A DNA stretch of 60,762 bases, the filler included, from Candidatus Woesearchaeota archaeon (GTDB lineage: Archaea; Nanobdellota; Nanobdellia; Woesearchaeales; GCA-2685855), in assembly GCA_002685855.1 (NCBI GenBank). It is 4 parts of 4 records of this genome, joined end to end, with 100 filler letters (N's around TTAATTAATTAA, not from the genome) between each part and the next. Parts side by side here need not be neighbours in the genome. Positions count along the whole stretch, not along the records: positions 17,108 to 41,817 come from NYYS01000009.1; 3 more parts are not named here. One strand, written 5' to 3'. The notes beneath the pieces were generated by a model, which was not told the origin of the DNA, ran no database searches, and was given only the letters and a program-made list of their open reading frames with translations. The position numbers and the translations under genes were made by a program. Below are positions 19,720-29,033 of the stretch, piece by piece. Every line of letters begins with the position of its first letter. Positions within the stretch are counted from its first letter, which is position 1.

Positions 19720-20270
19720 AGATCACAATTCACACAACGCCTGAAGAGGCAAAAGAACTAGGAAAAACATGCAATAAATCAGGACACTGCTGCAAATACA
19801 GCGGAGGCATCGTACTCAATGAAGATATCCCCCGCATCAGTACACACCTTGAAATGACAGAAGAGGGATTCAAAAAACACTACCTTAACCAACATACACG
19901 GTTCAACACCACACACTGGATCCTCAACACAAAAAAAACAAACAAACCTTACGGGCCCTGCATCTTCCTTGACAAAAACCTGTGCAGCATCCATGAAGTA
20001 AAACCCCTCTATTGCAAAGTGGGCACCTGCTGCGATGAAGAAGTCGGAGATCAACTCATCCAATGGTTCAACATACACCATTTTGTCAACATCGATGATC
20101 CTGTATCACTCAGAGAATGGGCACTCAGCACAGAAAACAAAAAACTCATACAAGGAGCGCATATCAAAGAACTCCTCACAGAAGAGGAATATAACGCCAT
20201 CATGACATACCAGGAACTTCAACATAACACAAAACAAGAACAGCACCAAAAATCACATCAAGAAAAATAA
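19716..20270 (+). CDS. YkgJ/CxxCxxCC family cysteine-cluster protein
   Basis: CNKSGHCC, PCIFL, CSIHEVKPLYCK; ATGA overlap with grpE. Confidence 0.85.
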   Translation: MKITIHTTPEEAKELGKTCNKSGHCCKYSGGIVLNEDIPRISTHLEMTEEGFKKHYLNQHTRFNTTHWILNTKKTNKPYGPCIFLDKNLCSIHEVKPLYCKVGTCCDEEVGDQLIQWFNIHHFVNIDDPVSLREWALSTENKKLIQGAHIKELLTEEEYNAIMTYQELQHNTKQEQHQKSHQEK

Positions 20271-20284
20271 AACTGGAGAAAAAA

Positions 20285-20647
20285 ATGAAAACACCCCCAA
20301 CAAAAACACCCCCCAAACAAAGTAAAGTCTACTATCTCAAAGCAGGAGCAATCCTCCGTTATCTCATAGCAGAAGATGAACAACTTACCACTTTCATCAC
20401 CTGCAAAGCATCCCATCTTCCACTCATCACAACTGAAAAAGACCTCTATGAAGCACTAGGAAGCATTCAATCAGAGGACAACTTTCAACTCAACAAATTG
20501 GTAAAACTCCTGGAAGTCGTAGAAGTAACCAGCTACAGAAGAGAAACAGGAAAACCAAAACCCCTACTTAAAGAAGAGATCGTAAAACAACTACGATCAT
20601 TCGCACTACAACCAAAAAAAGAAACACGAGGTACAAAAAATGAGTAA
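20285..20647 (+). CDS. Hypothetical protein, possibly a degenerate PIN-like fold
   Basis: 120-aa ORF overlapping the dnaK start by 8 nt. Confidence 0.7.
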   Translation: MKTPPTKTPPKQSKVYYLKAGAILRYLIAEDEQLTTFITCKASHLPLITTEKDLYEALGSIQSEDNFQLNKLVKLLEVVEVTSYRRETGKPKPLLKEEIVKQLRSFALQPKKETRGTKNE

Positions 20648-22517
20648 AATAATCGGAATAGATCTTGGAACTAGCAATTCAGCAGCCGCGTTTTTAGATG
20701 CAGCAAAACCAAAAATAATCCCTTCAGCAGAAGGAGCAACACAATACGGAAAAGCATTCCCCTCAGTCGTAGCCTTTGCAGAAGGCGACCAAATACTTGT
20801 AGGAGAACCGGCCCGAAGACAGGCAGTAACAAACCCAAACAACACAATAGTAGCCGCAAAACGAAAAATAGGAACAAAACACACCTGGAAAATAAATGGC
20901 AAAGACTACACCCCACAACAGATCTCTGCCTACGTACTCCAAAAAATCAAACGAGACGCAGAAGAATTCCTCGGAGAACCCGTAGAAAAAGCAGTCATCA
21001 CCGTACCCGCATACTTCGACGACGACCAACGCCAAGCAACAAAAGACGCAGGAACCATAGCAGGCCTCGAAGTAATCAGAATCGTCAACGAACCAACAGC
21101 AGCAGCACTCGCATACGGACTCGACAAATCAGAAAAAGAACACACGGTCCTCGTCTTTGACTTCGGAGGAGGAACCCTCGACGTAACAACCATGGAATTC
21201 GGAGAAGGAGTATTCGAAGTAAAATCAACATCAGGAGACACCCAACTCGGAGGAACAGACATGGACAACGTCATCCTCGACTATCTCGCCGACGAATTCA
21301 AAAAACAAAGCGGAATCGACATAAAAAAAGATCCCGCAGGTTTGCAAAGGCTCAGAGAAGCAGCAGAAAAAGCAAAGATTGAACTCAGCACAACTCTAGA
21401 AACAGAGATCAACCTGCCCTACCTCTCTGCAAACAACAACGGCCCTCAACACCTCAACCTAAAGCTAAACAGAGCAAAAATAGATGAACTTGTACAACCC
21501 ATTGTAGAAAGATGCAGACACCCTATAGAACAAGCACTAAAAGACGCAAACCTTACAGCAGAAAAAGTAGACAAGATCATCATGGTAGGCGGTCCAACAC
21601 GAATGCCTATCGTCCAAAGCTTTGTAGAAGAGATCATCGGAAAGAAAACAGAACGTGGAATTGACCCGATGGAATGCGTAGCAATGGGAGCAGCAGTCCA
21701 GGCAGGCGTACTCGCAGGAGACATCAAAGATGTATTACTCCTCGATGTAACCCCTCTCAGCCTCGGCATCGAAACACTTGGCGGCGTCTTCACCAAACTC
21801 CTCGAACGAAACACCACTGTACCCACAAAAAAAGCACAGGTCTTCAGCACAGCAGCAGATAACCAACCTGCAGTAACAATACGCGTATTCCAGGGAGAAC
21901 GACCCATGGCAGGAGACAACAAACTCCTCGGACAGTTCGATCTTGTAGGAATACTCCCTGCACCACGAGGAATCCCCCAGATCGAAGTCACCTTTGACAT
22001 AGACGCAAACGGAATCATTCATGTAACAGCAATAGACAAAGCAACAAACAAAGAACAAAGCATCCGAATAAGCTCAAGCCAAAAACTCTCAGATGATGAC
22101 ATCGAACGCATGAAAAAAGAAGCAGAAGAAAATGCAGAAACAGACAAAAAAAGAAAGGATGAAGCCGAAATCATCAACCAGGCAGACACCTTAGTCTACA
22201 CAACCGACAACCTCTTCAAAGAGATGAAAGACAAAATCGACAAAAAAGAAGTAGAACCCATCAAAAAAGAGATCGAAGAGCTTAAAAAGCTCCTCCAAGA
22301 AGAGAAAAAAGACACAACAGCCATAAAGAAAAAAACAGACGAAATACAGGAAAAAGTCCAAAAGATGAGCACTGAGCTCTACCAAAAGGTCGCTGAAGAA
22401 CAGGCAAAACAGCAACAACAAAAACAAGAACAACCAAAACAACAAACAAAAGATGGCAAGGAAACAGTAGACGCAGACTTTCAGGAAGTCAAAAAAGAGA
22501 AACCAAAGAAGAAGTAA
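20640..22517 (+). CDS. dnaK: Chaperone DnaK (Hsp70)
   Basis: [54 protein letters not shown]. Confidence 0.98.
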   Translation: MSKIIGIDLGTSNSAAAFLDAAKPKIIPSAEGATQYGKAFPSVVAFAEGDQILVGEPARRQAVTNPNNTIVAAKRKIGTKHTWKINGKDYTPQQISAYVLQKIKRDAEEFLGEPVEKAVITVPAYFDDDQRQATKDAGTIAGLEVIRIVNEPTAAALAYGLDKSEKEHTVLVFDFGGGTLDVTTMEFGEGVFEVKSTSGDTQLGGTDMDNVILDYLADEFKKQSGIDIKKDPAGLQRLREAAEKAKIELSTTLETEINLPYLSANNNGPQHLNLKLNRAKIDELVQPIVERCRHPIEQALKDANLTAEKVDKIIMVGGPTRMPIVQSFVEEIIGKKTERGIDPMECVAMGAAVQAGVLAGDIKDVLLLDVTPLSLGIETLGGVFTKLLERNTTVPTKKAQVFSTAADNQPAVTIRVFQGERPMAGDNKLLGQFDLVGILPAPRGIPQIEVTFDIDANGIIHVTAIDKATNKEQSIRISSSQKLSDDDIERMKKEAEENAETDKKRKDEAEIINQADTLVYTTDNLFKEMKDKIDKKEVEPIKKEIEELKKLLQEEKKDTTAIKKKTDEIQEKVQKMSTELYQKVAEEQAKQQQQKQEQPKQQTKDGKETVDADFQEVKKEKPKKK

Positions 22518-22548
22518 TCCCTTCTTCTTTACATCTCTTACCAAAGAA

Positions 22549-23643
22549 ATGACAAAAGACTATTACCAAACCCTAGGAGTGGACAAAAACGCCACAAAAG
22601 AAGAGATCAAACGAGCCTACAAACGCCTCGCAAAAAAACACCATCCCGACCTCAACAAAAAAGAAGGATCCACAGAAACCTTCAAAGAGATCAACGAAGC
22701 CTTCTCAGTACTAGGCGACGAAAAGAAAAAACAGCACTACGACCAGTTCGGAACAGCAGACGCACAAGGATTCGACCAGGGATTCGACTTCTCAGGATTT
22801 GGCGGAGGAGGATTCGAAGACATCTTCAGCCAATTCTTCGGAGGCGGAGGAAGAGGAGGAAGACAACGCGCAACAGGCAGCGACCTTCTCTACCAACTCG
22901 AAATCACCCTCGAAGAAGCATCCACCGGCATCCAAAAAACCATACAGATCGTAAAAAACGACACCTGCGAAAGCTGCGAAGGAGAAGGAGGAAAAGGAAT
23001 CCAAACCTGCTCAACCTGCAAAGGAGCCGGCAGAGTCACACAAACCAAACGAAGCCCCTTCGGCATCTTCCAAACAACAACCACCTGCCCTCATTGTAAA
23101 GGAGAAGGAAAAGATATCCAACATCCCTGCTCAGACTGTAACGGAATAGGCGTCTCCCGCCAAAAAAAAGAGCTCGAAGTAGACCTCCCCGCCGGCGTAG
23201 ACAACGGCAACAGACTCAGAATATCCGGAGAAGGAGAAGCAGGATCCCGAAACGCAGGAAAAGGAGACCTCTTCGTCGAAATCAGAATAAAACAACACCC
23301 CTACTTCAAACGAGACGAAACTGAACTCATCCTGGAAACACCCATCAGCTTTATCCAGGCAGCCATCGGAACCACCATAGAAGTACCCACAATCGACGGA
23401 AAAGCAAAACTAAAAATTCCTCCAGGAACACAAACAGGAACAACCTTCTCCATGAAAAACAAAGGTATGCCCTCCCTCAGAGGCTATGGAAAAGGAAACC
23501 AGCACGTCATCGTCAACATAGTAGTACCAAAAAAACTCAACAAAAAACAGGAAGAATCCCTCAAAGAATTCGGAAAACTCATTGGAGAAAAGGTAACCCC
23601 CCAAAAAGGCTTCTTCGACAAGTTGAAAGAGAGTCTTACTTAG
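22549..23643 (+). CDS. dnaJ: Chaperone DnaJ
   Basis: J domain with HPD, G/F region, four CxxCxGxG repeats. Confidence 0.98.
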   Translation: MTKDYYQTLGVDKNATKEEIKRAYKRLAKKHHPDLNKKEGSTETFKEINEAFSVLGDEKKKQHYDQFGTADAQGFDQGFDFSGFGGGGFEDIFSQFFGGGGRGGRQRATGSDLLYQLEITLEEASTGIQKTIQIVKNDTCESCEGEGGKGIQTCSTCKGAGRVTQTKRSPFGIFQTTTTCPHCKGEGKDIQHPCSDCNGIGVSRQKKELEVDLPAGVDNGNRLRISGEGEAGSRNAGKGDLFVEIRIKQHPYFKRDETELILETPISFIQAAIGTTIEVPTIDGKAKLKIPPGTQTGTTFSMKNKGMPSLRGYGKGNQHVIVNIVVPKKLNKKQEESLKEFGKLIGEKVTPQKGFFDKLKESLT

Positions 23644-23680
23644 AGGAAACAATCCGTTCTAATGCTTTATAAGTCAGAAT

Positions 23681-23703
23681 AGTAATATTTATATAGTATT
23701 ACT
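23681..23703 (+). promoter_or_regulatory. TA promoter with inverted repeat around the TATA box
   Basis: AGTAATA-TTTATATAG-TATTACT directly upstream of the AbrB gene. Confidence 0.55.
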
Positions 23704-23707
23704 CTTT

Positions 23708-23923
23708 ATGTATTACATGGTAACCCTCACACAAAAATCTCAGGTAACCATTCCTAAGAACATAAGAACCGTTTTAGGCGTGCATCCCGGTGATGAAGTA
23801 GAATTTGTCCTCCACCAAAAAAAGGTGGTTGTACACAAAAAACCAAAAAAACTCCCTCTTGAAAAATGGAGAGGTCACCTTGGCAAATTTAGCTCTGATA
23901 CAGCAATGGAAGAGTTGAGATGA
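23708..23923 (+). CDS. AbrB/MazE family antitoxin
   Basis: LTQKSQVTIPKNIRTVLGVHPGDEVEF; ATGA overlap with the PIN gene. Confidence 0.9.
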   Translation: MYYMVTLTQKSQVTIPKNIRTVLGVHPGDEVEFVLHQKKVVVHKKPKKLPLEKWRGHLGKFSSDTAMEELR

Positions 23924-24402
23924 TAACCTCGATTGATACCAACGTCCTCCTAGACATTCTTGGAAACGATCCAGTCCATGCACAAAAAAGTGCAGAACTC
24001 CTTGAAGAACAGAACAACAAAGGACAACTTATTATCTGTCCTGTTGTCTACTCTGAACTATTAGTCTTCTTTTTAAGAAAATATGATGCACAATTCGCAA
24101 CTAAAAAACTCGATGAGTTTCTATCAGATATAGACATCCAGCTCATCAACTTTTCTAAAAAAGACTTTGAATCAGCAGCACAAAGCTGGAACACCTTCTC
24201 AAAAATAAAAGAGGTAACCTGTCCAGCTTGTGGAACAACAAATATCTTTTACTGTAAGAGCTGCAAGAAAAAAGTAGTATGGAGAAATCACCTGATCACA
24301 GATTTTCTTATTGGGGCACATGCCCAAAACCAGGCATCAATCATGCTTACAAGAGACAGAGGCTACTACAAAAACTATTTCAAAATAGAACTCTTAGGAT
24401 GA
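23920..24402 (+). CDS. VapC/PIN toxin with Zn-ribbon insertion
   Basis: IDTNVLLD, VYSEL, DFLIGAHA, LTRD; inserted CPAC...CKSC. Confidence 0.88.
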   Translation: MITSIDTNVLLDILGNDPVHAQKSAELLEEQNNKGQLIICPVVYSELLVFFLRKYDAQFATKKLDEFLSDIDIQLINFSKKDFESAAQSWNTFSKIKEVTCPACGTTNIFYCKSCKKKVVWRNHLITDFLIGAHAQNQASIMLTRDRGYYKNYFKIELLG

Positions 24403-24442
24403 ACATTGACCAAAGTCCATCCCAAAAAAAATAAAAAAGGGC

Positions 24443-25405
24443 CTATTTAGCCCGACTCATCACATAATCGCCCTGCTGTTCACCGCCACCAAGACCCTGA
24501 ACAATCCGTAAACTTCCAATATTCTTTGAACCCAGATTCTCCACCATCTCAGCAACCGTTTGTGCATTCAGATAGATCGCAGCAGCATCATTATCACCAA
24601 TATTATCAACAATGTTCTGCAAGGAGTTAAGCTTCGATCGCCTCCGGTCAGCATCAGCCTGAGCAGACTCAAACTCTCCTTGGGCCTTTTTCACAATAGC
24701 CTCGCCCTCAGGTATCGCACTCAACACATAGGAAGGAGGACGAATTCTTCGAGCAGTAACCTCTGTAATCTCAATCCCCCACTCCTCTTCAATTGAGTAG
24801 GATCCTTTAAACCCAACTAACTCTCCACCCTCAAACTGAGGAATACCACCTGCTCTAAAAGTTCCAATATATCTTTTTATATCATTTCCCAGAGTGTCCT
24901 GATTTGCTTCGATAAAACTACGAGGCTTGGTCTGTAAATAGGTGCGGACAACACCCTCAAGATTCTGATCCAGCCACGGACGATCCTCTTCCCGATGATC
25001 CACAAAATAACTCCGCACAGCTTCCTCTGAAGGAACAAGATTATATGCAATAATGATCTCCTGAATCATAATCTCATTAATCTCCTGCCCTTTCTCTTTT
25101 GCAGTCACAATACACTGTTCAGTCTCAAGTGCTAACTGTCCCCTTCCTGTAAGTTGGGAATCTGCAGGTGCCTGTTGCAAAGGAAAGTTCATTACCTGCC
25201 TTCGATGAGAGATCTTATCTATTGAATGAAATGGTCCATGCCACCGCATCCCCGGTCCCACTCCCTGCCAACTAATCTCATTCTCCAAATTTGTCTTATA
25301 GGTCGACTCATGCTTTGTTGGCCGAGAACAACCTCCTGCAGTTGCTGCTAAAAGAGCTAACCCTGCAACCGCCGTTATGATCCTGTTTGTTTTTGCTTTC
25401 TTCAT
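24443..25405 (-). CDS. SPFH/band-7-like putative lipoprotein
   Basis: Start MKKAKTNR at 25405; signal peptide ending AGGC; GPGMRWHGPF, EEWGIEITEVTARRIRPP and a C-terminal coiled coil resemble SPFH. Confidence 0.6.
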   Translation of the reverse strand: MKKAKTNRIITAVAGLALLAATAGGCSRPTKHESTYKTNLENEISWQGVGPGMRWHGPFHSIDKISHRRQVMNFPLQQAPADSQLTGRGQLALETEQCIVTAKEKGQEINEIMIQEIIIAYNLVPSEEAVRSYFVDHREEDRPWLDQNLEGVVRTYLQTKPRSFIEANQDTLGNDIKRYIGTFRAGGIPQFEGGELVGFKGSYSIEEEWGIEITEVTARRIRPPSYVLSAIPEGEAIVKKAQGEFESAQADADRRRSKLNSLQNIVDNIGDNDAAAIYLNAQTVAEMVENLGSKNIGSLRIVQGLGGGEQQGDYVMSRAK

Positions 25406-25415
25406 TTTTTCAACC

Positions 25416-26234
25416 TCATCGTACAAAGAGCTGAATATCCAGATCCTGCCCTTCCTCTTTTGCAACTGCAGTAATTGCCCCTGTCAGCTCTAGCGTTTGC
25501 AGATAGTTCTGTTGTGCGCGACTAAGATCTCCGATGAACTCTGCATATTCACCATCAACCTCTGCCTTTAACTCCAATGCCTGTTCCTTAAAATGCTGAG
25601 CCCTGGCCATTGCACGCCTTCGAATAATATTCCTCTGACGCTCAAGGTCTGCTTGAACAGATTTTGCCAAAGGAGAGGTATTTCCTGGCCAGACAGCCCA
25701 CTTAGTATGGTCTGTACCATAATCACCATTAATACTTGATTGAGCAAGATCTACATGAGCTTGCTGATAGAAAGGAAGCTTCCCCTGTTCCTGAGCAACC
25801 TCCTCATTGAGGATCTCTGAGTTCGTATATCCGCTAACAGTAGAACGAACAACACCTTCAACTGCACGGGGAAACTCATCCTCATAATTCTGTATCTTTA
25901 CAAACCGCTTCTCTCTTGCCTCAGGTGTTCTACTCAGTTGAGAATACACAGTGAGATCAATTGTAAGATACCCATCAAGAGTCTTATAGTTTTGCTGCTG
26001 TTCACTCCCTCTCTGTAACGGAAGATCTATTACCTCTCTTCCCTGCCATTCCCTATTTTTGGTTCCTTTTCCTACATACTCCCTGAGGGGTCCATCATGG
26101 AAAAAAACCTCTCCACCACACGTCTTACGTGTCAAAACTTCATTCTCTTTCACATCAGAACAACCCATACTAAAAACTAAAGGTGCAGCAGCCATTACAA
26201 TAGTTGCCAATCTTCCAGCTCTCTTTCCTTTCAT
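25416..26234 (-). CDS. Divergent SPFH-like putative lipoprotein, paralogue of the downstream gene
   Basis: Signal peptide ending SMGC; AVEGVVRS matches NLEGVVRT in the neighbour; coiled coil; GGAGG RBS. Confidence 0.5.
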   Translation of the reverse strand: MKGKRAGRLATIVMAAAPLVFSMGCSDVKENEVLTRKTCGGEVFFHDGPLREYVGKGTKNREWQGREVIDLPLQRGSEQQQNYKTLDGYLTIDLTVYSQLSRTPEAREKRFVKIQNYEDEFPRAVEGVVRSTVSGYTNSEILNEEVAQEQGKLPFYQQAHVDLAQSSINGDYGTDHTKWAVWPGNTSPLAKSVQADLERQRNIIRRRAMARAQHFKEQALELKAEVDGEYAEFIGDLSRAQQNYLQTLELTGAITAVAKEEGQDLDIQLFVR

Positions 26235-26290
26235 CTTCTATCCTCCAACTCTTTTAATACATATCCAGATCTATCCTGCTCATCGACGAA

Positions 26291-27049
26291 ATGGACAAAG
26301 AGGAACAGGAAAAACTCATCGCCTACCTAAAAAACCACGAAAACATCATCAGCCTCATCGAATACAGCGATCGATGGGACCTCGAAATCGTACTCATAGC
26401 AAAAAACCTTCTCGAATTCGACAAGATCGTCCTCAATATCTGCGAAAGCTTTCCTGACATCATCCTCGAAAAAGACAAACTCGAAATCATCAGAAGATAC
26501 AACTCCAACCACCTTCCCGCCCTCATAAAAGAAAAAGGACACGACATGATCCCCATCACCCATGAACAGGAAGTCCCTGTCAAACTCGACGAAACAGACA
26601 TCAACATCCTAAAAATACTCACACAAGACGCACGAACATCCACCTATGAAATAGGAAAACAGATCGGTATCAGCCCCGACACCGTAAGCTACCGCATAAA
26701 ACAACTCCAAAAAGAAAAAGTCATTCACGATTTCACCATACAGGTAAATCTTTCGCTCCTCAACTATATCTGGTACACCTTCAGCATGGAACTCAAAATG
26801 TTCGACCACAAAAACGAAAAAAAATTTGAAGAATTCCTCTCCCAAAACCAAAACGTCCTCAGATCAGCAAAAACACTCGGCGGATGGGATCTTCTGCTCT
26901 ACATGGTAGTAGAAAACCCCCTTGAATTCCACGGTATTATTAAGAGGTTAAAAAACGTATTCTCGAATGTCATCAGAAACTACCAAACCTGGGTTGCCTA
27001 CAAAGAACACATGTTCAACCCCATGCCAAAAACACTCTATAAATTATAA
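26291..27049 (+). CDS. Lrp/AsnC family regulator (RAM-HTH-RAM; first HTH apparently missing)
   Basis: LDETDINILKILTQDARTSTYEIGKQIGISPDTVSYRIKQL; RAM motifs DRWDL and GGWDL. Confidence 0.85.
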   Translation: MDKEEQEKLIAYLKNHENIISLIEYSDRWDLEIVLIAKNLLEFDKIVLNICESFPDIILEKDKLEIIRRYNSNHLPALIKEKGHDMIPITHEQEVPVKLDETDINILKILTQDARTSTYEIGKQIGISPDTVSYRIKQLQKEKVIHDFTIQVNLSLLNYIWYTFSMELKMFDHKNEKKFEEFLSQNQNVLRSAKTLGGWDLLLYMVVENPLEFHGIIKRLKNVFSNVIRNYQTWVAYKEHMFNPMPKTLYKL

Positions 27050-27060
27050 ATAAAAAATCC

Positions 27061-27146
27061 ACCGGAGCAGAGCTCAGGCGTATTTTTTAAGCATCCTCTT
27101 GAAAAGCATACCGTAGCAGAGCTGCGGGGTATCAACCCAAGAGGAT
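27061..27146. repeat. REP/MITE-like element with two related hairpins
   Basis: CCGGAGC-AGA-GCTCAGG and CCGTAGC-AGA-GCTGCGG; the second is enclosed by ATCCTCTTG/CAAGAGGAT. Confidence 0.6.
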
Positions 27147-27160
27147 CAATCCACAAAGAA

Positions 27161-28804
27161 TTATTTACTTCTATTCTCTTCATACTGTTTGATGCCTGCA
27201 AGAGCCTTTTCAAAATCCCACATTTCAATACTCACATCCTTCATCCGATCTCCACGAATATCTTTTATAGAACAATCATGCGTTTCAGAATATCTTTCAA
27301 CACCGTTAAACGTAGCAGCATCACACAAATCTTTTAACATTGCTCCTGAAAACCCATCGCTCCGTTGAACAAGACTATTAACATCCACACTATCCGCAAG
27401 AGGCTTTTTAACTGTATACAACCCAAGAATTTCTCCTCTCCCTTCCTGATCAGGATTCCCAATATAAATTTGTCTAGGAAAACGTCTCACCAACGCAGGA
27501 TCAAGTTGATCATCCCTGTTTGTAGCCCCCAAAATAACAACCCCATTTAAATCTGAAATACCATCCACCTCCTGACAGAACTGCCCAAAAGATTTTCTCG
27601 AATGTTTATCCATCTCATCACGATTTGTATAAAACCCGTCTATCTCATCAATAAAAACAATTGCAGTTTTTCCATCCCGAACATCTTTTCTAGTCTTGCC
27701 AAAAAGCCAACCCCAATTCTTCTCTGAATTACCCAACCACATTGAATAAATATCCTTCGGCGAAACCGAATAAAATGCAGACTGCGACTCATTCGCAATA
27801 ATCTTTGCAATCGTAGTCTTCCCATTACCAGGAGGACCAATTAAGAGAATTCCTTTTGGTAATGTAGTATCCAAATAATCAAACAACTCAGGATTCTCTA
27901 GAGGCCACTCAAGATACTGCTGTAATTCTCTACGAGCATCACCAAGACCGCCAACAAGCCCCCAATGGTAATTTGCCACAGAAATAGAAAAATCCACACT
28001 TTTTACTTCAATCTCCCCTTCTTTTGCTTTATCTTCAGCCATTGAAAGAATGTCTTGAACATAATCAACCTTATCAACAGAACACGTTACATCCACACCA
28101 TGTATTCCGTATTGATCTGAAAATTTAAAGAGATAACTATCCTCTCCCAGAACAACTCTCATCTTTGCATCTACAGGAACAATTCTCTGTTCAGAATCCA
28201 CACTCATCTTAGGTGAAGAAGAATTTCCTTGTCGTAAAAATTTTACACTTCTTGCCTCTTCCTGTAAAATCTCGTACAACCTCCCTAATGATTCGCTCTC
28301 CATATAAGAACGAGAGATACAAACAACCTTCTGTTGCGCCTTTTTTAATATATCTTCAACTAATGAAAGATTTCTGCTATCAAATTCAATCGTAACCTCC
28401 AACCCTGAATCCATTTTTTCTTTCAATACGAGAGAATAGTGAGCACCATAAATCTTCGCCTCAACTACCCCTTCAATAGGATACAACACACCTTCATCAG
28501 AACGACGCATCAAAGCAGGTTTTTCCTCCTTATCAGAAAAATAACTAGCTTCACACATCGTCTCTATTGTGCCAAGTCTATTCAATTCCTCCCATATCCT
28601 CAGAGCGGAATAATCTCTATCAGAGAACTGCTCTGAAATCTTTATTCTTTCTAAGAGTTTAGTCTCTTTTCTACTCTTAGGAGGCTTTTCAGAAACAGAG
28701 TCAGCTTCTACAGGTCTATCTTGACTTGTATCAGCCAATTCACCAACAACATTTTTCATTCTATCTTCTAAAACAGCATTATTTTTCTTTCGATTCCAAA
28801 ACAT
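27161..28804 (-). CDS. AAA+ ATPase (single CDC48/FtsH-type module) with unknown N-terminal region
   Basis: Walker A GPPGNGKT, Walker B VFIDEID, SRH GATNRDDQLDPALVRRF, GFSGA. Confidence 0.9.
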   Translation of the reverse strand: MFWNRKKNNAVLEDRMKNVVGELADTSQDRPVEADSVSEKPPKSRKETKLLERIKISEQFSDRDYSALRIWEELNRLGTIETMCEASYFSDKEEKPALMRRSDEGVLYPIEGVVEAKIYGAHYSLVLKEKMDSGLEVTIEFDSRNLSLVEDILKKAQQKVVCISRSYMESESLGRLYEILQEEARSVKFLRQGNSSSPKMSVDSEQRIVPVDAKMRVVLGEDSYLFKFSDQYGIHGVDVTCSVDKVDYVQDILSMAEDKAKEGEIEVKSVDFSISVANYHWGLVGGLGDARRELQQYLEWPLENPELFDYLDTTLPKGILLIGPPGNGKTTIAKIIANESQSAFYSVSPKDIYSMWLGNSEKNWGWLFGKTRKDVRDGKTAIVFIDEIDGFYTNRDEMDKHSRKSFGQFCQEVDGISDLNGVVILGATNRDDQLDPALVRRFPRQIYIGNPDQEGRGEILGLYTVKKPLADSVDVNSLVQRSDGFSGAMLKDLCDAATFNGVERYSETHDCSIKDIRGDRMKDVSIEMWDFEKALAGIKQYEENRSK

Positions 28805-29033
28805 AAACAAAGGTGAAAAGAACTCCTATATAAACATTGGTTTTGTTGTTTACTCGGAAGTGGTGTTTTTACTATCTTTGTTAAACAACCAACACGTGCT
28901 TTTTCACCACCAAAAAAGACGACAACCCTTTCTTTTTAAGTGTATTCACTTTTGAATAGAAATGTTTATATACTACTTTGCGTTTAGACATCTAACATCT
29001 TTTTCCCAAAAAAATAGGTGTGAGGGTATAACT

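Noticed and set aside
27037..27228. 63-aa minus-strand ORF
   Set aside because: It is a translation of the hairpin repeat element and overlaps the ends of two real genes.
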